In this document: positions 27,934 to 36,818 of the stretch, one piece after another
How the letters are laid out: each line of letters starts with the position of its first letter
Position numbering within the stretch: position 1 is the stretch's first letter
Origin: Deltaproteobacteria bacterium
GTDB lineage: Bacteria; Desulfobacterota; Binatia; Binatales; Binataceae
NCBI GenBank assembly: GCA_027317185.1
Contig: DAHVFB010000007.1
Span: 1,064 to 65,063, forward strand
DNA length: 64,000 bases
Direction: 5' to 3'
Notes under the pieces: generated by a model
The model's input: the letters and a program-made list of their open reading frames with translations, nothing else
Told to the model about the DNA's origin: nothing
Databases searched by the model: none
Made by a program: the position numbers and the translations under genes

Positions 27934-28473
27934 TCACGAAGCTTTGGGACTGGCCGAGGCCGGCGGATCCGGCAGCCATTTCAGATCGTTGAAGCCATGA
28001 TGGAGGTAGCCGCCAAACGGATATGACGCTCCTGGATAGCCAAAGCGTTTCCACACGGCGGGATTATTGTAGAGCGATACCAGCTCGATACCGCGGACCT
28101 TCTGAAAGAACGGCGTCGTCTCGATCCGCTTTAGCCCGGCCACCTGCTCGGCGCTCGAGCGCGCGGCGAATTTCTTGGCGCCGCCGGCGTCAAGCTGCGC
28201 GATCCCGTCATGCATCATTTGCGCACTGGCCGGCGTGGCCTGGGCCTCCTGATCGAGATCGTGCACCACCTTGATGTAGTAGCTATCGGCAAGGCGATCG
28301 TGCGGAAAAATCTCCCGCACCATCTTGAGCAGCGTCTCGCCCTCATGCTCGCTGAAGGCCTTCAGTTCGGCAGTCCACGAAGCCGCGAAACTGACCGCCG
28401 CGGCCCCCGATGTGGCAATCGCCACGCCAGCTACCGCGATTGCCCCCTTCTGCAAGAATTCGCGTCGCTTCAT
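27934..28473 (-). CDS. Tat-signal small subunit (gluconate 2-dehydrogenase subunit-3 family)
   Basis: MKRREFLQKGAIAVAGVA twin-arginine signal. Size and position match subunit 3 of three-component GMC dehydrogenases. Confidence 0.7.
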   Translation of the reverse strand: MKRREFLQKGAIAVAGVAIATSGAAAVSFAASWTAELKAFSEHEGETLLKMVREIFPHDRLADSYYIKVVHDLDQEAQATPASAQMMHDGIAQLDAGGAKKFAARSSAEQVAGLKRIETTPFFQKVRGIELVSLYNNPAVWKRFGYPGASYPFGGYLHHGFNDLKWLPDPPASASPKAS

Positions 28474-28611
28474 CTCCGCTGCGTCCTTCCCTGCGCCACA
28501 TCCTTGCCCTGCGCAGGCGCTTCATCGGCCCCGCGGGCCAATGCCCTCATCGTTACGAAATGCCAGTTCGCCGCGAACTGCCTATCGCCGCAAAATGCCG
28601 GCCACCATGCA

Positions 28612-29064
28612 TTACTTACCCAGCTTGCGCACGCGCTCGACCAGCGCGGCGACTACCGCCGGTTCATTTTCGAGGTCCGGATTCGAGGCCATCTCGGCAC
28701 TCAAGCCCACCGCCTTGCCACCCTGGACGATCGCCTGAGCGATGCGCGCGTCGGTCACCGAACGCTGCCATTTGCGGCTGTGGAAATTGACTGGCCGCGG
28801 GTTCAGATTGGCCGCCGCCGGACCGTTGCCGCGACCCTGGTCGCCATGGCACGTGGCGCATCGCGAGGTAAAGATCTCCGCCGCCTGCGCGCGCGCATCC
28901 GCGGTGACCGCGGCCGGCGGCGCGCTATCATGATTATCCGTCGAGGCCGCCTGCGCGAGCATTTGATAGGAATTCGCCGCCCGACTGACTAACGGCGCAG
29001 CGCCCGCCGCGGTCATCGCCATGACTGCGGCGACGAAGCCATAACCGAACCTACGCGCTTTCAT
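28612..29064 (-). CDS. c-type cytochrome (class I, CATCH haem site)
   Basis: Signal peptide plus CATCHGDQGRG. Confidence 0.85.
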   Translation of the reverse strand: MKARRFGYGFVAAVMAMTAAGAAPLVSRAANSYQMLAQAASTDNHDSAPPAAVTADARAQAAEIFTSRCATCHGDQGRGNGPAAANLNPRPVNFHSRKWQRSVTDARIAQAIVQGGKAVGLSAEMASNPDLENEPAVVAALVERVRKLGK

Positions 29065-29093
29065 CCGCTACGCGCGCCCTGCCGTCCGCCCGA

Positions 29094-30134
29094 TCAAGGT
29101 ATCAGTACCGCGCGCCCTTTGATCTGGCCGTTCTTAAGATCCTGCAGGGCGGTATTAGCTTCGCTGAGACGGTATTCTCTGGTCGTCAGATTGACTAATC
29201 CGCGATCCGCCAGCGCCATCAGTTCGACCAGGTCTGAGTAGGTACCGACCAGGTTGCCGACGATCGTCTTCTCAGTGACGATCATCTCCATCGTCGCGAT
29301 CTCAACTTTGCCGCCGTAGCCGACGATATAGTAGTAACCGGCGTTGCAGGTCATCTTGAGCCCGTTGGCCACCGCGGCCCCTTCGCCGACAAAATCGATC
29401 ACCGCCTGCGCGCCCGCGCCGCCGGTCAGTGCGAGCACCGCATCGACCTCGTTGCCGTCGGCGCGGACCGTATGCGTCGCGCCGCACTCACGCGCGAGCT
29501 TCAGCGCGGCTTCCGATCGGTCAACCACGATCACATCGGCGGCACACAGCGCCTTGAGCACCTGTATACCTATATGTCCGAGTCCGCCCGCGCCGATCGC
29601 GACCGCACAGTCGCCCGGCAGCAGATGCGCCGCGGCCTTCTTCACCGCATGGTACGCCGTTAGGCCGGCGTCGGCGTAAGGCGCGACGTCCTTGGGTGCG
29701 AGTGTGCGCGGCAGCTTGATCAGTGCGCGCTCGGCGGTCTTGAGCAACTCGGCGTATCCGCCGTTCGAATCGATTCCCGGAAATGCGCCGCCCGCATGCA
29801 TATCGTTGCCGCGCCGCGCCGCCAGCGTCTCGCCATGGCTCAACAGCGGATGACAGATCACCGGGTCGCCGACCTTCACGCCCGTGACGCCCGCGCCGAC
29901 GGCCTCGATCCAGCCGGCGTTTTCGTGGCCCATGATGTACGGCAGTTGGACCGGCACGCGATCGCGCCACAGCCCCTCGATCACGTGGAGGTCGGTGCGG
30001 CATACGCCGGCGCCGCCGACCCGCACGATCACGTCGAACAGGCTCTCGATCTTCGGTTCGGGCACGTCCTTGTAGACCACGAACTCGGGCCGTTCGAGCT
30101 TCAGATCGTACTGGTTTAGAACTGCTGCCTTCAT
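29094..30134 (-). CDS. zinc-dependent alcohol dehydrogenase (MDR family)
   Basis: GVCRTDLH, GHENAGWIEAVG, GAGGLGHIGIQ. Confidence 0.9.
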   Translation of the reverse strand: MKAAVLNQYDLKLERPEFVVYKDVPEPKIESLFDVIVRVGGAGVCRTDLHVIEGLWRDRVPVQLPYIMGHENAGWIEAVGAGVTGVKVGDPVICHPLLSHGETLAARRGNDMHAGGAFPGIDSNGGYAELLKTAERALIKLPRTLAPKDVAPYADAGLTAYHAVKKAAAHLLPGDCAVAIGAGGLGHIGIQVLKALCAADVIVVDRSEAALKLARECGATHTVRADGNEVDAVLALTGGAGAQAVIDFVGEGAAVANGLKMTCNAGYYYIVGYGGKVEIATMEMIVTEKTIVGNLVGTYSDLVELMALADRGLVNLTTREYRLSEANTALQDLKNGQIKGRAVLIP

Positions 30135-30339
30135 TTAATTATAACCGCGGCTTCGCAGACTCGCCCGCACCCCATGCCCGCTTCGCCCGATGCGAACTTC
30201 ACTCGCCTACGCGCCATGACCAACCGCGGCTTTGACTGGGATGCGGACGAGTCCGCGAAGTCGCGCTTTAGGTCTCGCCACACCCCATGCCTGACCGCGG
30301 TGCACCTGCGTTTCGCTCAATAGCCACTCCGCGCTCGCT

Positions 30340-31632
30340 CTACGGCAGGTACTGCGGCTGAAATTCGGTCGGGATCAGCACCGATTTGACGGTCACCAGA
30401 TCGTATTTTCTCCGCTCGCCCTGAAAATGCACGAGCCCCGCGATTAGCTGCTGCGGATCGTGCAACGGAATCAGCCGCTCGTCGTTGAATACGTCGCCGC
30501 TCATCGTGAGCTTCACCGCGCGGGTCTCGCCCGGCGCGATCGGTGTATTGGGCTCGACGTCGAGTTTGCCGGTATAGTCGGCCGGTCCCGCCTGCGCGAT
30601 CGCCGCCGCGTCGCCATTGACGAACGTCGTCATCGCCATCGAGTATTCGGTCAGCGTCAGCGGCATATCGCTGATATTCTTGATCTGGGTATTAAGGATC
30701 AGCGTGCTGGTCTTCTCGTCATAGGTTGCGCCGGTGCCGCGCACCGTCGCCAGATTCACGCCAGGCGCAGCCGAGACCGGCTCAAAGCGATCGGTCTGCT
30801 GCGGCAGCCGCACTGGAAATTTTGCCGCCATGTAGACCCAGCCACCGACCATCATCGCGACGGTGATACCCGCCAGCACGCTCATCCAGAAATGATCGCG
30901 CGGTGTGATCAATCCAATATCCGGCGCGTCGTCGTTGATCGGCAGTTGAATCGTCACCGCCAGGCGGGTCACCGTGCGCTTGGGCACCGTCCAGTAGAGC
31001 ATCCAGATGACGCCGATGATGAATCCGGCGAGCGACCACCACCAGACGAACGCACCGCCGTAATGCTCGAGGTTAACTTTCTGCCCATCGAGCAGCGACA
31101 CGTCGAAGCGAAATGGCGTCGCACTGGGCTCGACCGTGACCCATTCGCCCGGGCCGATCAGCGTGCCGGTGCCCTGGATCGCAATCCCGGGATGGACGTG
31201 CCAGCGGCCCGGATTACGTCCGCGCATCACCATATTGAAATTGTAGACGCCGCCCTTTTCCACGAAGATCGATCCCATGTCGGGTTCGCCATTGACCGTG
31301 CGATCGGCCAGCACAAATACCGGGCCGGGCACCACCGGCGTGATATACGCCGTGGCCGGCGGATCGAGCGTGTAGGGCCAGGTCTCGAGGATCTTGAGGC
31401 TCCCGGTGATCGTGACCGGATCGCCAACCTTGATCACGGTCGGCGAGATATGGACATTGAAGAACGCGACCGTCAGGTCCTTGAGAAACGGCTCGTCGGC
31501 CGCTTCGCCATGGGCCCAGGCGCCGCGTGCGCCGCACAGGATAATCAGAACGGCCGCCGTCAGACCGGCCGCAAATCGCAATCGCATCTGCGCACTCCTC
31601 ACCGGGCGGCGGCCCATAACGGGCCGCGCCAC
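30340..31632 (-). CDS. pmoB: copper membrane monooxygenase subunit B (PmoB/AmoB/HmoB family)
   Basis: Signal peptide then HGE.. (the N-terminal His ligand), RNPGRWHVH (HxH), GTGTLIGPGEWVTVEP, DGQKVNLEHY, two TM helices, and a C-terminal cupredoxin-like domain ending LIPTEF. Collinear with Methylococcus PmoB. Confidence 0.9.
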   Translation of the reverse strand: MARPVMGRRPVRSAQMRLRFAAGLTAAVLIILCGARGAWAHGEAADEPFLKDLTVAFFNVHISPTVIKVGDPVTITGSLKILETWPYTLDPPATAYITPVVPGPVFVLADRTVNGEPDMGSIFVEKGGVYNFNMVMRGRNPGRWHVHPGIAIQGTGTLIGPGEWVTVEPSATPFRFDVSLLDGQKVNLEHYGGAFVWWWSLAGFIIGVIWMLYWTVPKRTVTRLAVTIQLPINDDAPDIGLITPRDHFWMSVLAGITVAMMVGGWVYMAAKFPVRLPQQTDRFEPVSAAPGVNLATVRGTGATYDEKTSTLILNTQIKNISDMPLTLTEYSMAMTTFVNGDAAAIAQAGPADYTGKLDVEPNTPIAPGETRAVKLTMSGDVFNDERLIPLHDPQQLIAGLVHFQGERRKYDLVTVKSVLIPTEFQPQYLP

Positions 31633-31651
31633 TGCGCAATCGGGCGGATTC

Positions 31652-31918
31652 TTATCTACTAATCGCCCGTCGTTTCAGGTTTTGTGACTTCGAGACCGGC
31701 GGCTCGCGCCGCGTCGGCCACAGAATCATGATCCAGTAACAGATGATTCCGAGCCCCACCGACAGGCCTACCGGCGGTCCCAGCTCCCCCGGACCCGCCA
31801 TCCCGCCGTGAGCGCTCGCCGACGGAGCGAATAGGCCGATCCACGAGATCGCGAGCGCCATTCGCCGCGCCCATCGGTAATTATGCGTTCTTCGTGTCAT
31901 CGCCTGCCAGATACTCAA
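31652..31918 (-). CDS. small predicted membrane protein encoded between pmoA and pmoB (about 60-88 aa, 2 hydrophobic helices)
   Basis: Same-strand ORF filling the unusually long pmoA-pmoB spacer (MALAISWIGLFAPSASA .. VGLSVGLGIICYWIMILW). The ends are Arg-rich, so coding status is uncertain. Confidence 0.35.
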   Translation of the reverse strand: MSIWQAMTRRTHNYRWARRMALAISWIGLFAPSASAHGGMAGPGELGPPVGLSVGLGIICYWIMILWPTRREPPVSKSQNLKRRAISR

Positions 31919-31939
31919 TTGACGCCAGTTACTGAATAC

Positions 31940-32737
31940 TCAGATCGTCTTGATAAAACGCCCGATCGGCCACACCGCGAGATAGCGGCCGATGAATTGT
32001 CCGATCCAATAGCCTATCACCGCCATGGTCCCGCCAAATACCAGTGAGACGTACTGAGTCTCACCCAAAAAGCTCCGCAATGCGCCACGCTCGATATGCC
32101 GCATGTACTCGGGCGTCTGCGAACGGATATAGCCGATGCCCTGCACGTCCGACACCGTCATCACGTGATGCATGAACACGGCGGGCTGCAGAAACGGAGC
32201 GAGCGGTATGTAATTGAACGCCCAGACCATAAAGGCCCACGTCGCCCCTCCGATCAGCGATGTGAGCACAAAACTTCGCGTCTTCATCAATAGCCAGTCC
32301 AGGATGATCGCAGCCGGCACGGTCGAAATCGGCCAGACGAAATTCAGCGGATAGGTCTCGGCCACGTGCCATTGAAAATAGCGCCCGATCCACGAGGCCA
32401 GGAACAGGCACACGCAGGTATAGGTCGCGCCGGTCGGAAAGCGCCACGCCACCCATTGAATCCATTGCAGCGCCGACGGAATGATAATCGTTGCGAAGGC
32501 CGTGATCACCGGCCACCACTGCGCGTCTTTCCAATCGGTCCAGAAATCCCAGTCGCCGGCGAACAGCAGCTTGGTGATATCCGCCGCCCCCGCCACGATA
32601 AATATCGCCGTGACCCAGAAGACCACGTCCCAGGTCCGATCGATATACTTGTATTTCGCGTTCAGCAGGTCGCGCAGTTCGAGCCGCCGCTGGCGTTCAG
32701 CCGCGGACATCGTTAGCGCAGAAGGTGTCGACGCCAT
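31940..32737 (-). CDS. pmoA: copper membrane monooxygenase subunit A (PmoA/AmoA/HmoA family)
   Basis: GDWDFWTDWKDAQWWPVI, TPEYMRHIERGALRSF. Likely start at MSAAERQ (about 32710). Confidence 0.9.
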   Translation of the reverse strand: MASTPSALTMSAAERQRRLELRDLLNAKYKYIDRTWDVVFWVTAIFIVAGAADITKLLFAGDWDFWTDWKDAQWWPVITAFATIIIPSALQWIQWVAWRFPTGATYTCVCLFLASWIGRYFQWHVAETYPLNFVWPISTVPAAIILDWLLMKTRSFVLTSLIGGATWAFMVWAFNYIPLAPFLQPAVFMHHVMTVSDVQGIGYIRSQTPEYMRHIERGALRSFLGETQYVSLVFGGTMAVIGYWIGQFIGRYLAVWPIGRFIKTI

Positions 32738-32793
32738 CTATTCTCCCCCAAGCTCCCCAAGCTATTGCGCGCCGGTCCCTCCCGGCGCATTAC

Positions 32794-33600
32794 TCAACCA
32801 GCGGCCGCACTATGGATTGGCGCTTCCTCGCTGGCCTGCGCCGACTTCTCGATCTGATAGAGCCGCAGGATACTCTCGCCCCAGACCGCGAACATGCCGC
32901 TCGCCAGCCATCCGTAGGCCACAAACGGCCAATGGAACGGCACCGAGAAAAATTCTTCCGATAGCCACAGGCTGTGGCCCCATTCGTTGAACGCGACCTG
33001 CATGAACTCGAGCACCGCCGCCGAGATCAGCAGGAAAAACGACCACGGAAAGCCCTTGTCGGGACTGTACAGCGCGGGTATCCGGTAGCGTCCGTAGATA
33101 TACGCGCCCAGCGCGAGCACCACCGAGAGCGGAAAGAAAAAGTAGAACATCGGGATATGCGTCGGCGTCAGCGCCGTATCGCGCACCATCGTCTGATGCC
33201 ACGCGCCGTCCCAGTTCGGCCAGAAACTCGCCTCGATGTAGAGCGACAGGCTGGTCGCGCCGATAATCCCCCACAGCACCGCGATCCGCCGCACCTCTTC
33301 GCGCGGCGCCGCCTGCGGATTTTCGAGCGCACGGCCGGTCCGGATCAGCCATCCGTACCACAGCCCGCAGAAGATCCCGTTGGTCAACAGTTCCGCCCAG
33401 AACAGCGCCCGGTAATGCGTCGTGAAGGCATGCGTCGCCGAATTCAGGCCAATCGTGAAGGCGTATTTGTAGTCGAAGAGCCAGAGAAACAGGTTCGCCG
33501 CCAGCAGCGCCGCACAGCCGACAAACAGCGTCTTCCAGCCTCCGAGCCAATCCGTCGGGCCGCGGCCGCCCGCTTCATCCAGTCCCCGTGTCGAGTCCAT
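32794..33600 (-). CDS. pmoC: copper membrane monooxygenase subunit C (PmoC/AmoC/HmoC family)
   Basis: GAWHQTMVRDTALTPTHI .. NEWGHSLWLSEEFFSVPFHWPFVAYGWLA. Collinear with PmoC, including the conserved Asp/His metal-site region. Confidence 0.9.
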   Translation of the reverse strand: MDSTRGLDEAGGRGPTDWLGGWKTLFVGCAALLAANLFLWLFDYKYAFTIGLNSATHAFTTHYRALFWAELLTNGIFCGLWYGWLIRTGRALENPQAAPREEVRRIAVLWGIIGATSLSLYIEASFWPNWDGAWHQTMVRDTALTPTHIPMFYFFFPLSVVLALGAYIYGRYRIPALYSPDKGFPWSFFLLISAAVLEFMQVAFNEWGHSLWLSEEFFSVPFHWPFVAYGWLASGMFAVWGESILRLYQIEKSAQASEEAPIHSAAAG

Positions 33601-33624
33601 CCAGATCTTCCCCTGTGACCAGAG

Positions 33625-33672
33625 ATTGACTTATCAATCAAGGGCTTACACCGCATTGACGCGCGGCGTCAA
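33625..33672. promoter_or_regulatory. two palindromes upstream of pmoC (GATTGA-ctta-TCAATC and TTGACGC-gcg-GCGTCAA)
   Basis: Read from the sequence, in the 120-bp pmoC leader region. Candidate operator sites. Confidence 0.3.
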
Positions 33673-33723
33673 CCATTGCGATTGCCCTCGTCCGGCGCGA
33701 TCGTCCCAATCGGCGCTGCGCGT

Positions 33724-34227
33724 TCAGGCCGGCGGACGCGGGCGGCTCGCGATCTCTTTCGATTCCGCCACCTTGAGCTTGCGCGCGGCCGCCGCCCGCC
33801 GCCGCGCGTAGACCGCCGGGTCGGCCAATGGCGAATGGTCATGCCCATGCGGATGCGGTTGATTCTTGGCCGCGGGCACGCCGAGTTGCGCTGAGCGCTC
33901 GGCGCGCGCCGCCACCGTATCGTCGTATTCCGCACCGCGGCCATGCTTATAGGCCGCAAAACGCGACGCCGACTTGTCGTCCATCCAGCACAGCCGCGCG
34001 CCCGGCGGCACCTTGAGGCTGGTCACTTCCGGCCGCGACGGATCGCTCCGTCCCACAGCCGGTGGCGGACTTCCACCGCCCATCATGAAGCTCACCGCCG
34101 AGATTATCCGCCGCGCCGGCCGCGCGCATCGCGGACATGGCCGCGCGCGCATCCGCGCCGCACTAAGCGGCACCAGCACCTCGAAAGTTACTCCGCAGGG
34201 CTCACAGCGGCATTCATACAACGGCAT
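33724..34227 (-). CDS. FmdB-family zinc-ribbon putative regulatory protein with Pro/Ala-rich C-terminal extension
   Basis: MPLYECRCEPCGVTFEV .. RPCPRCA. Confidence 0.55.
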   Translation of the reverse strand: MPLYECRCEPCGVTFEVLVPLSAARMRARPCPRCARPARRIISAVSFMMGGGSPPPAVGRSDPSRPEVTSLKVPPGARLCWMDDKSASRFAAYKHGRGAEYDDTVAARAERSAQLGVPAAKNQPHPHGHDHSPLADPAVYARRRAAAARKLKVAESKEIASRPRPPA

Positions 34228-34310
34228 CGCAATCTCTTTACGCGCTCGCGGCGCGGCGCAGGCCATTCGATCGACGCGCGCCGCGCCGCCCCATCGAATC
34301 GATTCGAACC

Positions 34311-35087
34311 CTATTCAACCAGATGCGGATGTTCCTTCCAGTCGTCGGGGTCGTGCGTGATCCAGACCGTTGCGCCATGCATATCGCGAATCGCCTTCAC
34401 CCGCCGGATCGATTTCACCGACTGAATCGGGTCGGTGTCGATCCCCATCGTCGCCTCCTGAGTAATCGCGGCGCGCAGATGCACGGTGTCGCCGGTCAGC
34501 AGGAACTTGCGATTGGACAGGTTGACCAGTAGCGAGCATTCGCCGGGCGTATGGCCGGGGGTGTAGAGAAATTTGAGCGCGCCGTCGCCGAACAGGTCGA
34601 GGTCCTGGTCAAACTCAAGCCAGTTGTACGCGCGGGTCGGCAGAAAATCGTTCAGGATAAACGCCCAGCGCCGATCCGGGTCCGGCCAGTAGGCGTATTG
34701 CAGTTCGTTGGCGCCGACGATAAACGTGGCCTTCGGGAAATACGTCAGGCCGCCCGAATGATCCAGATGCGAATGTGACAGGATGACGTATTTCACGTCG
34801 GACGCCTTATAGCCGACGCCCGCGATCTGCTTGTCGAGCGTGTCCGACTTGCTCCATTTGATCGGCAGCGCCTGCGCCACTTCGCCCCAGTAGCCCGCCG
34901 CGTCGTCGATAATCTTGGGGTTACATCCGCTGTCGAACAGCACCAGCCCCTTGGGATGTTCGATCAGGAACGAGGGGCACGGCAACTGCAACAGGCTCGC
35001 GTCGCCGCCATGCATCAGGAGCGACGCCGGCGCGGTCAGTTCCGCGCCCGGCAGGGCCCACATCTTCTTCGCTTTGCCGTCAGCCAT
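34311..35087 (-). CDS. MBL-fold metallo-hydrolase (N-acyl-homoserine-lactonase-like)
   Basis: HSHLDHSGG (HxHxDH) and downstream His/Asp ligands. Confidence 0.8.
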   Translation of the reverse strand: MADGKAKKMWALPGAELTAPASLLMHGGDASLLQLPCPSFLIEHPKGLVLFDSGCNPKIIDDAAGYWGEVAQALPIKWSKSDTLDKQIAGVGYKASDVKYVILSHSHLDHSGGLTYFPKATFIVGANELQYAYWPDPDRRWAFILNDFLPTRAYNWLEFDQDLDLFGDGALKFLYTPGHTPGECSLLVNLSNRKFLLTGDTVHLRAAITQEATMGIDTDPIQSVKSIRRVKAIRDMHGATVWITHDPDDWKEHPHLVE

Positions 35088-35193
35088 TGGTCCACTCCAA
35101 TCGATATTTCGTTAAGTACAATTGCCGCAATTGCCACGCACGGCGCATCGTCCGCCAGATTGCCGCCAAGCTAGATCGGGCCGTCCGACACTG

Positions 35194-36753
35194 TCAAGCA
35201 AAGGCCGCCGCGACGATCCCGCGCGCCTCGAGATACGCCGCGATCGTCGCCGCCCGCGCCTGCGCATCGGCCAGCGCCACGTAACCGTCCGGCCGCACCA
35301 GGTAGAGCGCGTTTTGCCGCAGTCCGGCCCGGCCCATCGCCGCGCGCCATCGAAATTGATGCAACGGCAGCTTGCGCTCGTCGCACACCGCGCGGATCTC
35401 GGGCGCCGCCTCACCATAGACATGGACTTGCCACGCGATCGCCGCCAGCGGCGTGAAGTTATCGCCCGCGACGCCCTCGCGCTCCGCCTCCACCCACGGC
35501 AAGCGGTCGCCGCCGTATACGGCTCCCGCATTCCCCTCACTCAGGAGGCTGGTGCGATAGCTCACGGCGGTCTGCGAGATCGTGCGAAACATGAAGCGGC
35601 GCACCGCCGCTACCCTGAATAGCCACGGAATCACCCGCGGCACGATCTGAAGCCGCACGCGCCGCGCGATCGCGCCACGGTTGGTAACCGCGCTGAACGC
35701 CCGATCGGTGGTCGCGACCAGCCGCCGCGCAAAGGCGCTTCGCTCCGGCTCGTAGCTGTCCAGGATCGCCGCGCCCGCCCGTCCCTGGATCACCGCCGCG
35801 AGTTTCCACGACAGGTTCACCGCGTCGCCGATCCCGGTGTTCATCCCCTGTCCGCCCACCGGACTATGGATATGCGCGGCGTCACCCAGGATGAATGCGC
35901 GCCCCTTGCGGAAATAATCCGCCACCCGATGATGCACGCGGTAGGTCGAAAACCAGTTCACCCGCTCGACCTCGATCTTCATCTCCGCGATCACGCGATT
36001 GCTCACGTCCGCCCATCCGAGCCCCTCGCGCCGATCCTCGGCCGATTCCTGCAGCGTGCCGATCAGCCGCGCATGCCCGTCGGCCTTGAGCGGAAAAGCC
36101 GCGAGAAAATCGCTCGCGTCGAGCCCGACATGCAGCTCGCCGTTGATCGCGGGTCCACGCGCCGCCACGTCGGCGACGTAGTAAAGATGTGCATACGAGC
36201 CGCCCGGAAAGCCGATCCTGAGTCCCTCGCGGACCGTCGAATGGGCCCCGTCGCATCCCGCGAGGTACGCCGCCGTGCAAGTCTCGAGCGCGCCATGAGG
36301 CCCCTTGAGCCGCGCCACCACGCCGGCCGCCATCTCCTCGAATTCCATCAGCTCCGTGCACCGCTCGACCGTGACGCCGGCCGCGCCGAGGCGCTCGACC
36401 AACAGCCGCTCGTGCTCGTCCTGGGGAAAGATAATCGGATACGAAAACGGGCTCATGCCCGCGCCCAGTTCGCCGATAATCGCCCGCGCCGTATGCGCGC
36501 CGGCGACCCAGAAGTTGACCGCCGCGACCTTCCGTCCGCGCGCGACCACCTCGTCGGCAATTCCGATCTGATTGTAAAACTCGAGCGTGCGCGCCTGCAC
36601 CACGAGCGCCCGCGAGGTCGTCCCCGGCTCGGCCGTCTTATCGACGATCCTCACGCGCACGCCAATCCGCGTGAGCCACATCGCCATCACCAGCCCGGTC
36701 GGCCCCGCGCCGACGATCAATACGTCCACGGCGTCCGTCCCGCTCATCGTCAA
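35194..36753 (-). CDS. FAD-dependent aromatic-ring (phenol-type) hydroxylase / monooxygenase
   Basis: VLIVGAGPTGL, DG.HS.VR and GDAAH motifs. 519 aa with a C-terminal thioredoxin-like tail typical of the PheA/TfdB class. Confidence 0.85.
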   Translation of the reverse strand: MTMSGTDAVDVLIVGAGPTGLVMAMWLTRIGVRVRIVDKTAEPGTTSRALVVQARTLEFYNQIGIADEVVARGRKVAAVNFWVAGAHTARAIIGELGAGMSPFSYPIIFPQDEHERLLVERLGAAGVTVERCTELMEFEEMAAGVVARLKGPHGALETCTAAYLAGCDGAHSTVREGLRIGFPGGSYAHLYYVADVAARGPAINGELHVGLDASDFLAAFPLKADGHARLIGTLQESAEDRREGLGWADVSNRVIAEMKIEVERVNWFSTYRVHHRVADYFRKGRAFILGDAAHIHSPVGGQGMNTGIGDAVNLSWKLAAVIQGRAGAAILDSYEPERSAFARRLVATTDRAFSAVTNRGAIARRVRLQIVPRVIPWLFRVAAVRRFMFRTISQTAVSYRTSLLSEGNAGAVYGGDRLPWVEAEREGVAGDNFTPLAAIAWQVHVYGEAAPEIRAVCDERKLPLHQFRWRAAMGRAGLRQNALYLVRPDGYVALADAQARAATIAAYLEARGIVAAAFA

Positions 36754-36818
36754 TCCATTCCTTGGGCGAGACTATGCGCGGGCCGCGGCACATCGCGATC
36801 GCCCGCGGCGCGCGCCGC

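Noticed and set aside
30135-30339. Intrinsic terminator between pmoB and the alcohol dehydrogenase gene
   Set aside because: A short GCGGAC/GTCCGC hairpin exists, but there is no adjacent U-tract on the coding (minus) strand. Insufficient to call.
32366-33618. Plus-strand ORFs (32366..32716, 32481..32990, 32974..33618) across the pmoA/pmoC region
   Set aside because: Antisense to the PmoA/PmoC coding sequences, which have conserved family motifs. Compositions are Arg/Pro-rich.
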